Of a DNA stretch of 64,000 nucleotides, positions 1-62,402 are shown in pieces; the first letter of the stretch is position 1; the number at the start of each line of letters is the position of its first letter. The stretch is from Hormiphora californensis (taxonomy: Eukaryota > Animalia > Ctenophora), in contig CM035354.1 in NCBI GenBank assembly GCA_020137815.1, forward strand, positions 1,240,001-1,304,000, given 5' to 3'. The translations under genes and the position numbers were made by a program. The notes under the pieces are model-generated. The model was not told where the DNA came from. It saw only the letters and a list, made by a program, of their open reading frames with translations, and searched no databases.

Positions 1-3418
<3,418 letters not shown>

Positions 3419-3632
3419 TCTATTGTAGGAGAATATAATTATTCGGAGTTCAAAGAGGTCGAAACCTTTAACCTGTTGAACAGGCAGAATCAGTTATTGC
3501 ACAGTTTAGACCTTTAACTGTCAGACAAATTAACAAAATAAAGGCGCAGATAGGGAAACAATAATGAAGTAGATGCCCATGAATCCCATCGGCCATCCCC
3601 TATAACAGTCGCCTGTCGCCAGTCAGCCGAAA

Positions 3633-3784
3633 TGAGGGGCCTCGGAAGTCATGCACAGTCATGCACATTCAAGTCACGATCACCAATCACAGCGCAGAAC
3701 AGCTATTGTGATCCGCGCATTCTGAGCTGTGATTAGTGGGCGTGACTTGAATGTGCATGACTTGACCATTTCCGAGGCCCCTCA
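3633..3784. mobile_element. MITE-like palindromic element
   Basis: TIR tgaggggcctcggaa...ttccgaggcccctca plus internal inverted repeat gtcatgcacattcaagtcacg/cgtgacttgaatgtgcatgac. Confidence 0.75.
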
Positions 3785-3796
3785 AAGAGGGGTGCC

Positions 3797-4018
3797 GTTA
3801 CAATCTGGGTGTTTCGTGGCATGTTTACAGATGCAGATGCGCGCATCCAAAAAAGTTTATTCACTAAACCGTTTTAGCTAATTCAAAGTTTATCTGGTAG
3901 GGAATGTCAAGGCCTAACCCCAAGGCCTAACCCCAACCCAAACCCAAACCCTACTTTAGCCCTAATGGCTAACCCTAAAAACCGTTTGTCAGCACTCACG
4001 AAACACCCAGATTTTAAC
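3797..4018. mobile_element. MITE-like element
   Basis: TIR gttacaatctgggtgtttcgtg...cacgaaacacccagattttaac; a diverged reverse-orientation relative lies at ~4893-5106. Confidence 0.65.
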
Positions 4019-4103
4019 ACTGGCCGGAAAAATCGCTGAAAGTTGGCATACGTTGCAGGCGGGCGCATCAACGCCCTCAGAGAGGAGCCTCGGAAAAAGT
4101 TTT

Positions 4104-4258
4104 TAAAGTCGGATTTTTTGAAGTTGTCACCCCAAAATGACCGCGCATGTGAAATTTATCAATTTTGACGCGCACACCACACGTTAACATGTGATGTGAC
4201 GCGCAAAAACATTCCGCGCACGAGAAGGGGGGTGACAACTTCAAAAAATCCGACTTTA
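4104..4258. mobile_element. MITE-like element
   Basis: ~30-bp perfect TIR taaagtcggattttttgaagttgtcacccc; a diverged family member is at ~36651-36802. Confidence 0.75.
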
Positions 4259-4275
4259 CTTTTCGGTCTTTTAAA

Positions 4276-4562
4276 AGGGATCCCTAAAAAAGTTCAGTAT
4301 TTACACAGCGTTTACACAGTCTTTACACAGTCGTTACACCCAGAGCGCCCGCGCCGCTCTGGGTGTAAAGACTGCGTCTTTCGCACTCGATTTGCAGCGC
4401 TTTCGGAAACTTTTTTCGCCGCAGCGCTCAATTTACTCGATTGTGCAGCACACAATCCAATATTTTCTTAGAAAAAGACGCAGCACGCGCCGCTCTGGGT
4501 GTAACGACTGTGTAAAGACTGTGTAAACGCTGTGTAAATACTGAACTTTTTTAGGGATCCCT
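4276..4562. mobile_element. MITE-like element with ~70-bp TIRs
   Basis: agggatccctaaaaaagttcagtatttacacagcg... mirrored perfectly at the right end; subterminal tttacacag repeats. Confidence 0.8.
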
Positions 4563-5250
4563 AAAGAAAGACACACTTGAAAATTTTTTTTAATAAATGA
4601 GTATTTTGTCCAAGATGCCATGCCACTTTGGTATTTTCGCGCGTTACATTTAACGCCGCAACAAAACATGAAATAAAATGGCGTGCGCGCCGCGCCGCGC
4701 CGAAACAAAAAGTTCAGAGCTGAGCGCGAGCGGGCAGATCTTGATTTTCAAATTTATTTTATTTTTTATTTTCACTTTTTTGGTCTGGTCGTGGCTGAAG
4801 GGCGGTTGCCGGCTTACGCTGGGTCCACCGAGTACCGACCACCATGAAGCTCTTTAAGTTATAAATCGGTTTATGTGTAATCCCAGGGAAATTTTAAAAT
4901 CTGGATGTTTGAGTGCCAGCACTCACGCGACGGTTTTTTAGGGTTAGCCGTAATGGCTACTTGGTGACGGCAGGTTAGGGCTGGGGGCTGGGGTTCGGAT
5001 TAGAGCTTGAAATTTTTGTATAAACATTGAATTATTCAAAACGGTTGAGTGGTTTGGTGGTTAGAGCCATCAGCCATTTTAGTGCACCCAGAATCCAGAT
5101 CATAACTCTGTCATCTTTTGAGATCCCCCTCTTTCTCCACAGACTCAAAATTTGTCGAAGTTATTGAATTTTAATTTAGAAGATTCCCGTAAGTTTGAAA
5201 TGAACTGCTCGCTCCTCTATTGAAGATACCTACTGATTGCTTCCTCTTAT

Positions 5251-6191
5251 TAGTAGGGTCGGTTGTGGGAAGTTGGGTCTGGAATTTTAAATTTGACTTG
5301 CTGATATGGTTAGGGACTCTATAAAAAGTCCAAAGTACCATCCCACAGGTCTCTACCACCCCCGGTTCACTAATTAGCCGTAATTATGTGATTTATGACG
5401 TTATCGCCAATTAGCACTAATAACACCAGTTCCTGGTCACTTAGAGCTTAGATTTTGATACCAGCTGATAGAGGATCACTAGATTAGTGGGCATTCAAAA
5501 TTTTAGGTCGATCGGAGTTATGGTCGAGGAGTTATAACCGTTTTTCCGTTTGGCTGGCGGTTGGCTGGCACCACGTGGGATTACGGGTTTAGGTCGTCGT
5601 GGGAGGTCGTCATTGGTCGCGTTCGATCGGGCTCGATGAGGTGATCAAAATCTAGTGGGGCCAGACCTTGGCCCCACCCCGTTCTTGGGTTATTGGGCTT
5701 TTTCGGTTTCCCGCCAAAATATTTTCCCGCCAAAACCGAAAAAGCCTAATAACCCAAGAACGGGGTGGGGCCAAGGTCTGGCCCCACTAGGTTTTGATCA
5801 CCTCATCGAGCCCGATCGAACGCGACCAATGACGACCTCCCACGACGACCTAAACCCGTAATCCCACGTGGTGCCAGCCAACCGCCAGCCAAACGGAAAA
5901 ACGGTTATAACTCCTCGACCATAACTCCGATCGACCTAAAATTTTGAATGCCCACTAATCTAGTGATCCTCTATCAGCTGGTATCAAAATCTAAGCTCTA
6001 AGTGACCAGGAACTGGTGTTATTAGTGCTAATTGGCGATAACGTCATAAATCACATAATTACGGCTAATTAGTGAACCGGGGGTGGTAGAGACCTGTGGG
6101 ATGGTACTTTGGACTTTTTATAGAGTCCCTAACCATATCAGCAAGTCAAATTTAAAATTTCAGACCCAACTTCCCACAACCGATCCTACTA
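5251..6191. repeat. ~940-bp near-perfect palindrome (foldback element)
   Basis: Arms ~5251-5709 and ~5733-6191 are reverse complements with few mismatches; mirror ORFs 5171-5359(-) and 6083-6322(+) share the same N-terminal peptide. Confidence 0.92.
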
Positions 6192-7137
6192 TTATCATAT
6201 CTACTGACGTGCAGATTTCATCACCTTACATCTCTTCATCTATCATATATTCAATGTTATTGTACCGTTTGTTTTTGACTAGGTATACGTCTTGTAAATC
6301 TTACAAATTTTATCTCTCATGACCAGGAATATTCTAAATAATTATCTATCTGTGAACTCTCTCTAAAGCCACAGAATATATCAAAGAAACCGCTTGGAAA
6401 ATAATTGTCGTTTTAGTTCAGCCACGATCCAAGTTTGAAATTACGAAATCATTACCCATATTTTATTTAAAACACTCACTTCTTCTTGGAGAGATTGATT
6501 CGATAACTGCAATATTATAAACGGCAGTATAATTCTCTTTCTCTCTTCATCTCGCTCCTGTCCCCCCTCTCTCTCTCTCTCTGGAGAAGGCGCCTTATTT
6601 GGCATTTACTAGCTGTCACTTGCAATGTCGCCTGTCGCTCGAGACAGCTTTGTGTTTATGATACGCTAGCTGGATTATGATAATCACTGTAACAAATCGT
6701 GCCATTGCTGCATTGCCCTGTATTGGACTGTTCGGGCAAGTGAAGCCCTCTTCAAAGGATGACACCTATAACACAGACAGCAACCTAGCCAATAGCATTA
6801 CTTGGTTAACACCTAACCAATGGTATTACTTAGCCCCGGCCCTCCTAAATACCAAGACTCAGTAGCAAGGTTACCCTTCTCCATCTCGCAGTACAGGCCG
6901 CGAGAACAGCTGTTACCATAATTTTAATTGTCCATATCTAACTGTTGAGTGTTTAAAAAACACGGACACAATGTGAAGAAATTCAATTAACCACCTAATT
7001 GTGAAGTAACTTCAACTAACCACCTAAGTAACTCAACAAATCACCTGTTTGTAAAGTTATTCAACTACTATATAACCTGATTACACATGTTTGTTAGGAA
7101 TGCGGCTGCAGTTATGACCATGTAGAACACCGCAAAT

Positions 7138-52555
<45,418 letters not shown>

Positions 52556-52561
52556 GTATGT

Positions 52562-52795
52562 GAACAGACAGACAAACAAACAAACAAACAAACAAACAAA
52601 CAAACAAACAAACAAACAAACAAACAAACAAACAAACAAACAAACAAGCAAACAAACAAACAAACAAACAAACAAACAAACAGACAGACAGACAGACAAA
52701 GACACAGACAGAGAGACAGACAAAGAAACACACAAACAAACAAACAAACAAACAAACAAACAAACAAACACACAAACAAACAAACACACACACAA
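52562..52795. repeat. (CAAA/CAGA)n tetranucleotide microsatellite
   Basis: Direct repeats. Confidence 0.95.
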
Positions 52796-53032
52796 ATAAC
52801 GAAATTGGTAAAAGAAACACGGTTATTTAGTTCAAAGTTTGAAACTTTTTGCTTTAAAATGCAACACGTAAATCTGCTAAAAATCGCACACTCACTCACT
52901 CTCATTCTCTAACATCCACACACTTTTTTTTCTCTCATTCGCTATATCCTTCGTGAGCTTACGCCCTAACCATTTACAATTTGCATGCTTTACACATGTA
53001 CTGAACTACCCCATATCTCTCTCTTCCACGTA

Positions 53033-54310
53033 CTATTCTCTATCCTTCTCCTTTTCATAAACATTACTAAACTTCCCCACAATGATGGTCATGGGTAGGG
53101 CAAGGAACACAATCCCAAGTGTCAGCACAAAACTCCCGACAATCTTGCCCAGCCATGTTTGAGGGACCACATCTCCGTACCCGATGGTAGTTATTGTCAC
53201 AATGGCCCACCAGCAGCCCTGCATGATCGAGTTAAACTGGCTGTTGGTGCCTTGTTCTATATAGTACATAATGCTCCCAAAACTGACTGAGAAAATGAAG
53301 AGAAGGAGGACAAGGAGTCCTAGTTCCTTTTTGGCATGTCCCACCACCTTGATTATTAGGATCAGATCCTGGGAGTGGCGAATGAATTTGAAGACTCGGA
53401 TAACCCGGAAAATACGACATACCCTGAGTACCACGTAGCTCCGATGCTCGTGTGCCTCCTCGACATCATCACCATTAATCAAGTCCGTTATAAGGCTGAC
53501 ATAGAAGGGGAGGATTGATAGGATATCCAGGACATTGAACATGTTCTTCCAAAACGAAAAGTAGTTTGGCCACGTTACAAACCGTACACAAAGGTCCGTG
53601 GTAAAGAATGATATGACGCACACGTTGACGTAGTATAGGTAGATGTAGGCGAAGTGGTCGCTGTTTGTGAAGGCGTGACCAATATTAGGGTCAGTTTCCA
53701 TGATTAGCAGTGTGATTGAGATACAAATGATAAAGATATCTACCACGTGCCAAATTGTTGCCATCTGGGATGATCTCGGATCGACCAAGAATCGGTGAAC
53801 CTTGCGCTTCACATACTTCCAGTTCTGATTAGGACAGCATGGTATTCCACCCGCCTGATCATCAGGGACCTCAGCCATTGAGATCGCTGTATCAGCCCTC
53901 TTTTCGATGATCCTGAAAAACCTCCGCTCCTCTTCATACAGTTCATCCTCCACAGAGAGAGGTCGGTACTCCTTCCCGGTCTGGTAGTAGGTTAGAATGG
54001 CTTCGAAACACTCCCGGTTCCGGTTGAAGAAGTATGATTTCAACTCTGGTATCCAGTAGAATTCTCTCTCCGAGGATCCCAGGAGTGTGTTAGGGAATCT
54101 ATCCAGGACACTGTACGTGGTGATATACTGTTTCCCACTCACGTTTATGTAGCACAGGTCCACTGCTTTGGTATGGACCGCAGTAGCACGTTCCGCATCC
54201 ACTGAGATTCCATTTCCTCCGATACTCCCACCATTTGCTGATCGCCTCGAGAAGTCGTTGTTGTTTGTTCTGAGGGGATGAGAGGGAGGGTTAGGGGTGG
54301 AATAGATCAT
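53033..54310 (-). CDS. Shaker-family voltage-gated K+ channel subunit (T1 + S1-S6), intronless, antisense within an ITPR intron
   Basis: T1 INVSG..FPNTLLG..YFFNRNRECFEAILTYYQTG; S4 LRVCRIFRVIRVFKFIRHS; pore WWAIVTITTIGYGD; S6 LALPMTIIV. Confidence 0.95.
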   Translation of the reverse strand: MIYSTPNPPSHPLRTNNNDFSRRSANGGSIGGNGISVDAERATAVHTKAVDLCYINVSGKQYITTYSVLDRFPNTLLGSSEREFYWIPELKSYFFNRNRECFEAILTYYQTGKEYRPLSVEDELYEEERRFFRIIEKRADTAISMAEVPDDQAGGIPCCPNQNWKYVKRKVHRFLVDPRSSQMATIWHVVDIFIICISITLLIMETDPNIGHAFTNSDHFAYIYLYYVNVCVISFFTTDLCVRFVTWPNYFSFWKNMFNVLDILSILPFYVSLITDLINGDDVEEAHEHRSYVVLRVCRIFRVIRVFKFIRHSQDLILIIKVVGHAKKELGLLVLLLFIFSVSFGSIMYYIEQGTNSQFNSIMQGCWWAIVTITTIGYGDVVPQTWLGKIVGSFVLTLGIVFLALPMTIIVGKFSNVYEKEKDRE

Positions 54311-56311
54311 CTGTCTGGCGCTCAGATCGGATCGGCGCCAGACAGTTCATGGGTGTCATGGTGATATAGATGCTTCACTGTAGGTGCAGTGGTTTAAAGA
54401 ATTGGTCCTGTTTTTATGAGAAATGCTGCAACTCTGCAAGCTTTATTATTGTATGATATCACACTTGAACTCGATACTCAAACACTCATGAATAGTATAC
54501 TCAATGACACTGCACTGGCAAGCGCAGATAGGAGCCATGAGCTCGCTTATATACAACGATCTATGGGGGAAAAGGAAAATATTTTGCTAAAAACCCTGCT
54601 CCAATTGATTACACTCGGGGGATGGGGAGGGGAGGACTCACAATTGTTCTACCCTACTAAAACTCCGACTGATTCTCATCGCTGAGGCAGAGGCCCTCCG
54701 GCCCAGTCCTCCCTGTTTGAACATCTGGAACGTGGTAGTGGTAGTGGTATAGTGGTATAGTGGTAGTGGTAGTGGTAGTGGTAGTGGTGGTACAAGAGGA
54801 GTGTTGTAGATATGTGGGAAACTGCAACGGTGGTTTAGTGATGGTGTTTGTTGATTCTTGGTGGAGATGTTTGGATTGTGGCGACAGTGATCTTGCAGTG
54901 GTGGTTAGGAAGACAATGTGTTACGTTTAATGATGATGTACTGTAGATATTGAGATGCACAGACTTTACTGGATACGTCGAATGAGTGTTGTGATTCTTG
55001 GTGGAATAGTTGGAGGCGCAGGAGATGGTAGGAGGACAAGAGTAAAACTTGGTAAATGATAGTTGGTACAAGAGGAGTTGGTGCATGGACAGAACAAAAA
55101 AGAGCTCTACTGATATATTACTCAATATATAAAAACCACTGCTTTTTTTTTTATGGACCGGCATTTTTTAGCACGTTCCCCGCCACCCCATTTTTGGGGG
55201 AAAAAAATTTTTTTTCCCAAAAAATTGGGGGGTTTTTCCTTTTCCGAATTTCCCAAACTTTCATTTGCTGGTTTTTCCCCCCCTTTTTCCCGGGGAAAAA
55301 AAGAAGTTTTTTGTTGTTTGTTTCTAAATGAATAAAAAAGGGAGGGAAAGGGGAAAGGGGCCCATTTTTTTGGGGGAAAGGGGGGAAAAGTTTTGTAAAA
55401 AGGTAATTTAATTGTTCATAGGGAGGGTTGGGGGAAGATCTGTTTATAAAAATCCGACTAAAATTTTAATGTAGAAACCCCGCCCAATCCCCTTTTTTTA
55501 AAATTGGAACGGGAAAGTGGGGTTTTTATGGGATTATGGGGAGGGTATTTTTGGGGGGGGTATTGTTTGTTAATGTGGGGGGTTTGGGGGGGGGGGGTTT
55601 GGGGGTTTTTTGGGGATTTTGGTGGGGGAAAGAGGGGGGGGGTTTGTTTGAAAGGGGGTCAGTGTTGGTATTTGGTAGGTTTTTTTTGTATGGTAGTTGT
55701 AAATTGAGAAATGACCGCAACGGTGGTTAGGGGAGGTGTTTGGGGGTTGATTTTTGGGTGGGAGTTTGGATTGTGGCGACAGTGATTTGCAGGGTGGTTA
55801 GGAGGAAAATGGTAGAAATATTGGGGTTAAAATGATAGTTGGTAAAGAGGAGTTGGGCAGGAAAAGAACAAAAAAGAGTTTTACGATATTTTTCCAAATT
55901 TTATACGTCGAACAAAAAAACAGGTACATTTAATGTGTTCAATTGTTACAAAACGGGAAAAAAAAGGCGGGAGAGAGAGGGAGAGAGGAAGAGAGGGAGG
56001 GAGGAGAGGAGAGAGAGAGAGAGAGGAAGAGGGAAAAACAGGAGTTTTGGGAGAGAGAATGGATGGGGGAGCTAAAGAAAGAGAGAGAGACAAGCGAAAC
56101 AAAACTGTAATATAAAGGATTTAGACTTGATAAAACTGGAGAGGTTAAATTATAATATTTGTAAACTAGCACATAGAGAAAAAAATGGGGCTAAAAAAAA
56201 ATTTGTATAATTTTTTAGTTTTAAAGTTTCGGTTTTCTCGCTTTTACTTTTTAATCACTCGACCATAACCGTTTTTTTCCCAAAAGGGGGGAAAAAAGGG
56301 GGGGGGAAAAA

Positions 56312-56346
<35 letters not shown>

Positions 56347-59300
56347 CCCCCCCCCCCCCCAAAAAAAAAAAAAAAAAAAAAAATTTTTTTTTTTTTTTTC
56401 CCCCCCAAAAAAGGGGGGAGGGGGGGGGAAAAAAAAAAACCCCAAAAAAAAAAAAAAAAATCTCTCTCTCTCTCTCTCTCTCTTTTTTTCCTCTCTATCT
56501 CCCCTCCCCTTTGTTTTAAAACAAGCAAAGTTAAACCCGGGGTTGCCCCCAAATGAGGGTTTTCCGTATAGCATTTGCACACAGAGGGAAAGAAGGAGGG
56601 GGAGAGAGGGGGAAGGGGAGAAGAGAGAGAAGAGGAGAGAAGAGAGAGGGGAGGAAAAGGGAAGAGAGGAGAGAGGAGAGACGGGGGGAGAGAGAGAGGG
56701 AGAGAGGAGAGGAGAGAGAGAGAGAGAAACAAAAAACTAGTCTACAGGGAAAGGGAAAGCAGGTTTGGACACAAAATCGTTTGCGTCTCGAAATGGGGGT
56801 GAATCTGCTGCAAAATGCAAGAATCTTAATGAAGGATTGTAATCCAAAGGGCCGTTAAAGGAGGGTCTATTTTCATAAAGTTAACTGTTAAAAGTTTTAA
56901 AAAAAATTTCGGGGCCGGGGGGTTTTTGAAATTTTTCCCTATTCTTTTTTTTTTTTTTTTTTCTTTTTTTTTCTTTTTTTGCCTTTTCCCCTATCTCTTC
57001 TCTTCTTTTCTCTCTCTTCCAAAACCCTTCATTTTAAATTATTAAATTTCATATGTACACAGTCGAAACGTAAAAAACAAATCGATTTAAGGCAAAGACA
57101 TGGAAAAATGAAGCGTCAAAAAAAAGTTGATCTTTTTTTTAACTCGGTTTTGGGTTTTTTCTCTCTAACTTTTCTTTTTTCTGAAGAAGAAAGAAGAAAA
57201 GAAGGAAAGGAGGGGAGGGGAGAAAAGGGCATGCAAATGCCCGGAATGAAAAGGGAAAGATCAGAAGACTAAAGAAAAAAAACGAGGGTGGGGGTGGGAG
57301 AGAAAGAGAGGATGGAGGAGGAATGATTTGATTAAATGCGGGGACCGATGATTTTCAAAACCAAAAAAGTTTATAGAAATAATGGGTAAATTTCCAAAAT
57401 GAAACTATTTCCCCCCTCAGCAATGTCCATGGTAAGCCCACCGCAAGTAAATTCCCTGTCGATAGATCCAAAGAGGGGTTTGGGCGAGGGAGGGCCCCAA
57501 CCGTTCGCTTTAAAACCTCCTCTCGATCCTCTCTCTCCTCCTCTCGCTCTCTCTCTTTCTCTCTCTCGCTCCTCTCTCTCCTTGCTTCTCTTCTCTCTCT
57601 CTCTCTCTAACTCCCCTCTTTTTTCTTTTTTTCCCTTGTCTCTTCCCTCTCTTTCTTATATTATAATATCTCTCCTCTAATCTGGGTTGCGCAAAAATTG
57701 TGCGTCAGGCAGTACTACCTAGTGACAGAGGTAGAAGCAGGAGAGGACATTGACCGGAGTACTGGAGATAGTCGGGGGTCAACCCATGGTGACTGCTGCC
57801 AGAGTTGCCATGGTGACTGCTGCCTGAGTTACTGCTGCCATGGTGACTGCAGACTGTTCCAACTTGGACGCTCGATGAGACCCATTTTAGCATTTCAAAT
57901 CTCCTGTCCTCACAACAATAAGACTGCACTATACACAAAGCAAGAGAAAATGAAAGCAAGCGGGCGCACGCACGGTACGCTTCTTACACGAGTCTTCACC
58001 ACCCCAATACCTCTCACTCACTCCCTCTCTCTCTCTCCCTCTCCCTCCCTCTCCCTCTCTCTCTATCTCCCTCTCTCTCTCCCCTCTCTCTCTCTCTAAC
58101 TCTCTCTCCCCCTCATTGACGGAAAGACGGTGTCGAAGCCTCAGCTCTCTCTCTCTCTCTCTTTCTGTGTGTCGTCTTTCTCTCTCTCTATCTTTTCCTC
58201 TCTGTATTATTCCGAATCTCGGTACGCAACAAAAGGCTTCATTCTTAGACTCGCTAGGCTTCAAAACAAAATGAACAGAATGACAGCTATAACAGGATAC
58301 TGTGCATCTTAGTTCGCGTAGTAGTCGGAAAGGAAAACGAATCCCGGCTTGTAGCATAGAGAGATGGAAAAAAGAAAACCCACGTAACTGAACGAGAGAG
58401 AGATGGAACTGAGTTAGACTAGCAAATATGTACAGATATTATAGGCAAGCAAAAGAAAGTCAAGAGAGCGTCATTGAAAAACAAAGGATTTCATGTGTTT
58501 CATTCATCATTCATCAAATTGTTACACCACCAAACCATTCCAGCACAACTCTTAATTTACTGCATGCACCAAATATCAACCCACATGTTAATTCTCACTC
58601 TCTCATGCACAATACTTTTATAATATTAAAACCCTTTCTTACCTGGTCCCAGTTCGTCTGTTGGCCTGCCCTCCAAGATGAACTGGATGGTTCATTATAA
58701 AGGAGTATCTCCTGACCATTGCTTTACCATTGGCATTGACCACTGCAGTTGAAGAGGACTGCATGATCAATAGAGGGTGGTGAAGAGGGAGCAGCACAAT
58801 GAGGGTACAACAGGGAGGTTCTGGAAATTGAACTGCATTATAAGTCAAACAGGAAGCAAGGAGAGAATGCAGACAGATAGATAATATTATATGCGTGTGT
58901 GCGTACGTGTGTCGTTTGGGGAAGGTGTCAAAATTGGGCAAATAGCACACTTTGTGTCCGTGGCTTTGTAATGCTGAATATACTGAATATACATATATAA
59001 GGTGGATATATGTCATATGACCAGTCACTTTTCATATCTTTCTCCCCTATCTCACTCTAAATATACCTCCATCCCTATCTCTCTCCCATTTTCCAACTAA
59101 AAAAGACGCGCCGAAGCTCACAAACAACGGATCTGATAGAGATCGACTGACAACAACATCCCATTCCATATCACACGTCTATTTCCCCACTATCCACCCA
59201 ACTGCCAGAATGAGGAGTCCCACGCTCCTATCAGATAAAAATAGACATAGAAGATCTTTACAAAGCATATCTGACTGCGGGGTGATGGTAAAGACAAAGG

Positions 59301-59555
59301 GAAGCTTGGTAGAAAGTGACAAATATAACATAAAGGGACCTGTTACAGTACCGCGGAATGGCCACAATTGAGAGCTTTACAGAACTAATAAAAGGATAGT
59401 AAAAGTTTAGTTAGAGAACAGAACAAAAGAAACAACTAAAAGCAAAACTATTTAAGGGAAGCTAACAACTAAAACAAGCAAAAGCAAAAACTAAAACAGT
59501 AGAATATAATGGTGGTGTCGACTATTTTCCATCTGATATCTTTGTCTTTCTCCCT

Positions 59556-59631
<76 letters not shown>

Positions 59632-60212
59632 CCTCTCTCTCTCTCTCTCTCCCTCTCTTTCTCCCTGGTTCTCTATCTATCTCCCTCTCTTTCTCCCTGG
59701 TTTTCTCTCTCTCCCTCTCTCTCTCTCTCTCCCTCTCTATCTATCTCTCTCTCTCTCCATCTCTATCTCCCCTCTCTCTCTCTTCCTCCCCAAAAGCACA
59801 TGTATAGGCCCGCATTGCGACAGTGGCAAATATACTACATGTGCAGTACAGGCCCAGCATTGCGACAGATATAATAGTCCTAACTCGATACAACCCTGGT
59901 CTAAATTGAGCAACACAATGCAGCAGGGAGCCTACTATCCAAAGCATACTACACATAATATGTAAAACTTGGATATATTTTTTGAGAAATCTGAGAAGCA
60001 ACTGGACAGGTATAGTTTAGAAAAAGACTGGACAGAGATAGTTTAGAAAGTTTCTATATCTGTCCACCAGTCTCAACTATAGATGGCTACATATATTCCA
60101 GGAATTCTGCAAAAGAATCTTTTTTTGCTACAAATCATTATATATCCATGGCCTATATGATACGATAGATCTACAAAAAGAACAGGAACTGGCCACATAT
60201 AATACATAATGG

Positions 60213-60300
<88 letters not shown>

Positions 60301-60859
60301 GATCTGCCGTATGGTAATTTATCCTTTAGGTACATTTTAGTTACAAGCGGCTGAGAGGTCAGCTACCTAATGATCTTTTGTGAGCTGGATCGATCATTAT
60401 CACACGTCCTCTAATGCTGATCAGTTACACACCCGCCCTCTTTTACGTCCCCTCTCTCATTCTCTCTTTCACTCTCTTTTCTTAGTAGCTCATTCTCTCT
60501 TTCACTCTCTTTTCTTAGTAGCTCATTCTCTCCCTCTCATTCTCTCTAATTCACAAATTCCAATCTGACAAGGTGATTACTATTCATGCACCAACGGGAC
60601 GAGTACTATATACTCTGACCAACTAAACTGGCTTCTTCTCCTATTGAGACCAGTTAGTAACGCTTGAAACTTTAGATATGGGATAGAGAAAGGTAAGTTC
60701 TACGGAATAGAAAGGGAGACAAAGATCAGAGGTAAAATTGAAACATAATGATTTAGAGCTTCAAAAAGCTGACACGATCCACAGATGGATCTTCACGGGT
60801 ATCGCCTACACGTCACCAGTAGTGTTGAAAAGTAAATTTAGCTAGTCTCTCTCTTTTTC

Positions 60860-60902
<43 letters not shown>

Positions 60903-60945
60903 GAGAGAGACAGAGAGAGAGGAGAAGAGAGAGGAGAGAGAGCAG

Positions 60946-60988
<43 letters not shown>

Positions 60989-60989
60989 A

Positions 60990-61047
<58 letters not shown>

Positions 61048-61096
61048 TGACAATAAGCTTTTTCACTTATAGATAGTCTATGCTATATATATATCT

Positions 61097-61156
<60 letters not shown>

Positions 61157-61690
61157 TCTTCCTTTACCAGGGAAGCATAAGCGTCCGCCGCCGCCGGTGA
61201 ATATTTAGTGCTATTTTGTTATCGATTAGGATTCCTACATCTAAATGTGATAATGGCATAACTCGCTGGGTAAACGGAGTCAATGTCAGGGCATTGGCGG
61301 AGCGTGCGAGAACTGCGGTCAGAGCGGTTATATTAATTACTGGTAACTGGGATAAAGTTACGGTGGGTAAACTAACCCTAAAACTAAGTAGTACTTTTAG
61401 GGTTAGTTTTAAGTTTAAGTACGAAGTCGGCATTCACAATAAGTCATAGAGTTAGTCTCTTGGGAAGTCAAAACAGAGAAGGGTTGCTCTTCTGTCAACA
61501 GATTATAGAAAGGTAGCTCGATAGTATGTTGCGATTCATTAAACTGCTTATACCCACAAAAACCACAGCTCTGGGATCGGCTTACTCACGATCATTGCAT
61601 GTATCTCTATCCTTCTCTCTCTCTCTCTCCCTCTCTCTATCTCTCTCTATCCTTCTCTCTCTCTCTCTCCCTCTCTCTATCTCTCTCTAT

Positions 61691-61735
<45 letters not shown>

Positions 61736-62402
61736 ACACATTTTTCTTGGAAATCCATATGTCAATGAACTTCTAAACCGCCGAAATGAATTGGAACAAA
61801 TAACCTGCTTTCTTTAGACCCGATCACTCGCACAAACGTGTAGTACTACCGATGACTTACACGGTCGCTTGTAGTGGGAAAACGGTAATGGAAAACGAAG
61901 ATACAGTAAGACGACGCGCAACCGTGGCCAATCAGTACGCTAGTACGTGCTGACACACGAACTTTTTGCCGCGTGTTATGCAACGTGTGTGTCTCATTAC
62001 TGTATTTCGCGATACCGTATTTTGACTGCAAGCAGCACTGTTACCGCAGCTTTCTAAGATCCAATTCCTTGATACTGCACCATGGTTCACAATATTTCAA
62101 TAGTTCTATTCACAGTATTTCATGTTCAACAGCAAAATAACAGGATACAGCTAACATTGAAGTACTGGTAGCATATCTAGCTTGATTGTTGTCCGATCCA
62201 ACACGATTACAAGATATATTTAGGAAAGACACAAACTGACAAATAAAATGTTGAATCTTAGAGGATTTAGATTTCTCTACTGAGGCAGAATTGCGACAAT
62301 GACCTAGCTGGTATATAAAAGTTATATAACACAAGTTTCGGGGGCCGGGCACCCGAAACACAGTTTAGCTAGGCATATAAACAAATTATATAACACAAAA
62401 CA

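Noticed and set aside
55140-57660. Homopolymer-rich stretch partly duplicating 54820-55130, with many low-complexity ORFs
   Set aside because: Looks like low-quality read sequence (expanded G/C/A/T runs, degraded copy of adjacent DNA), not biology.
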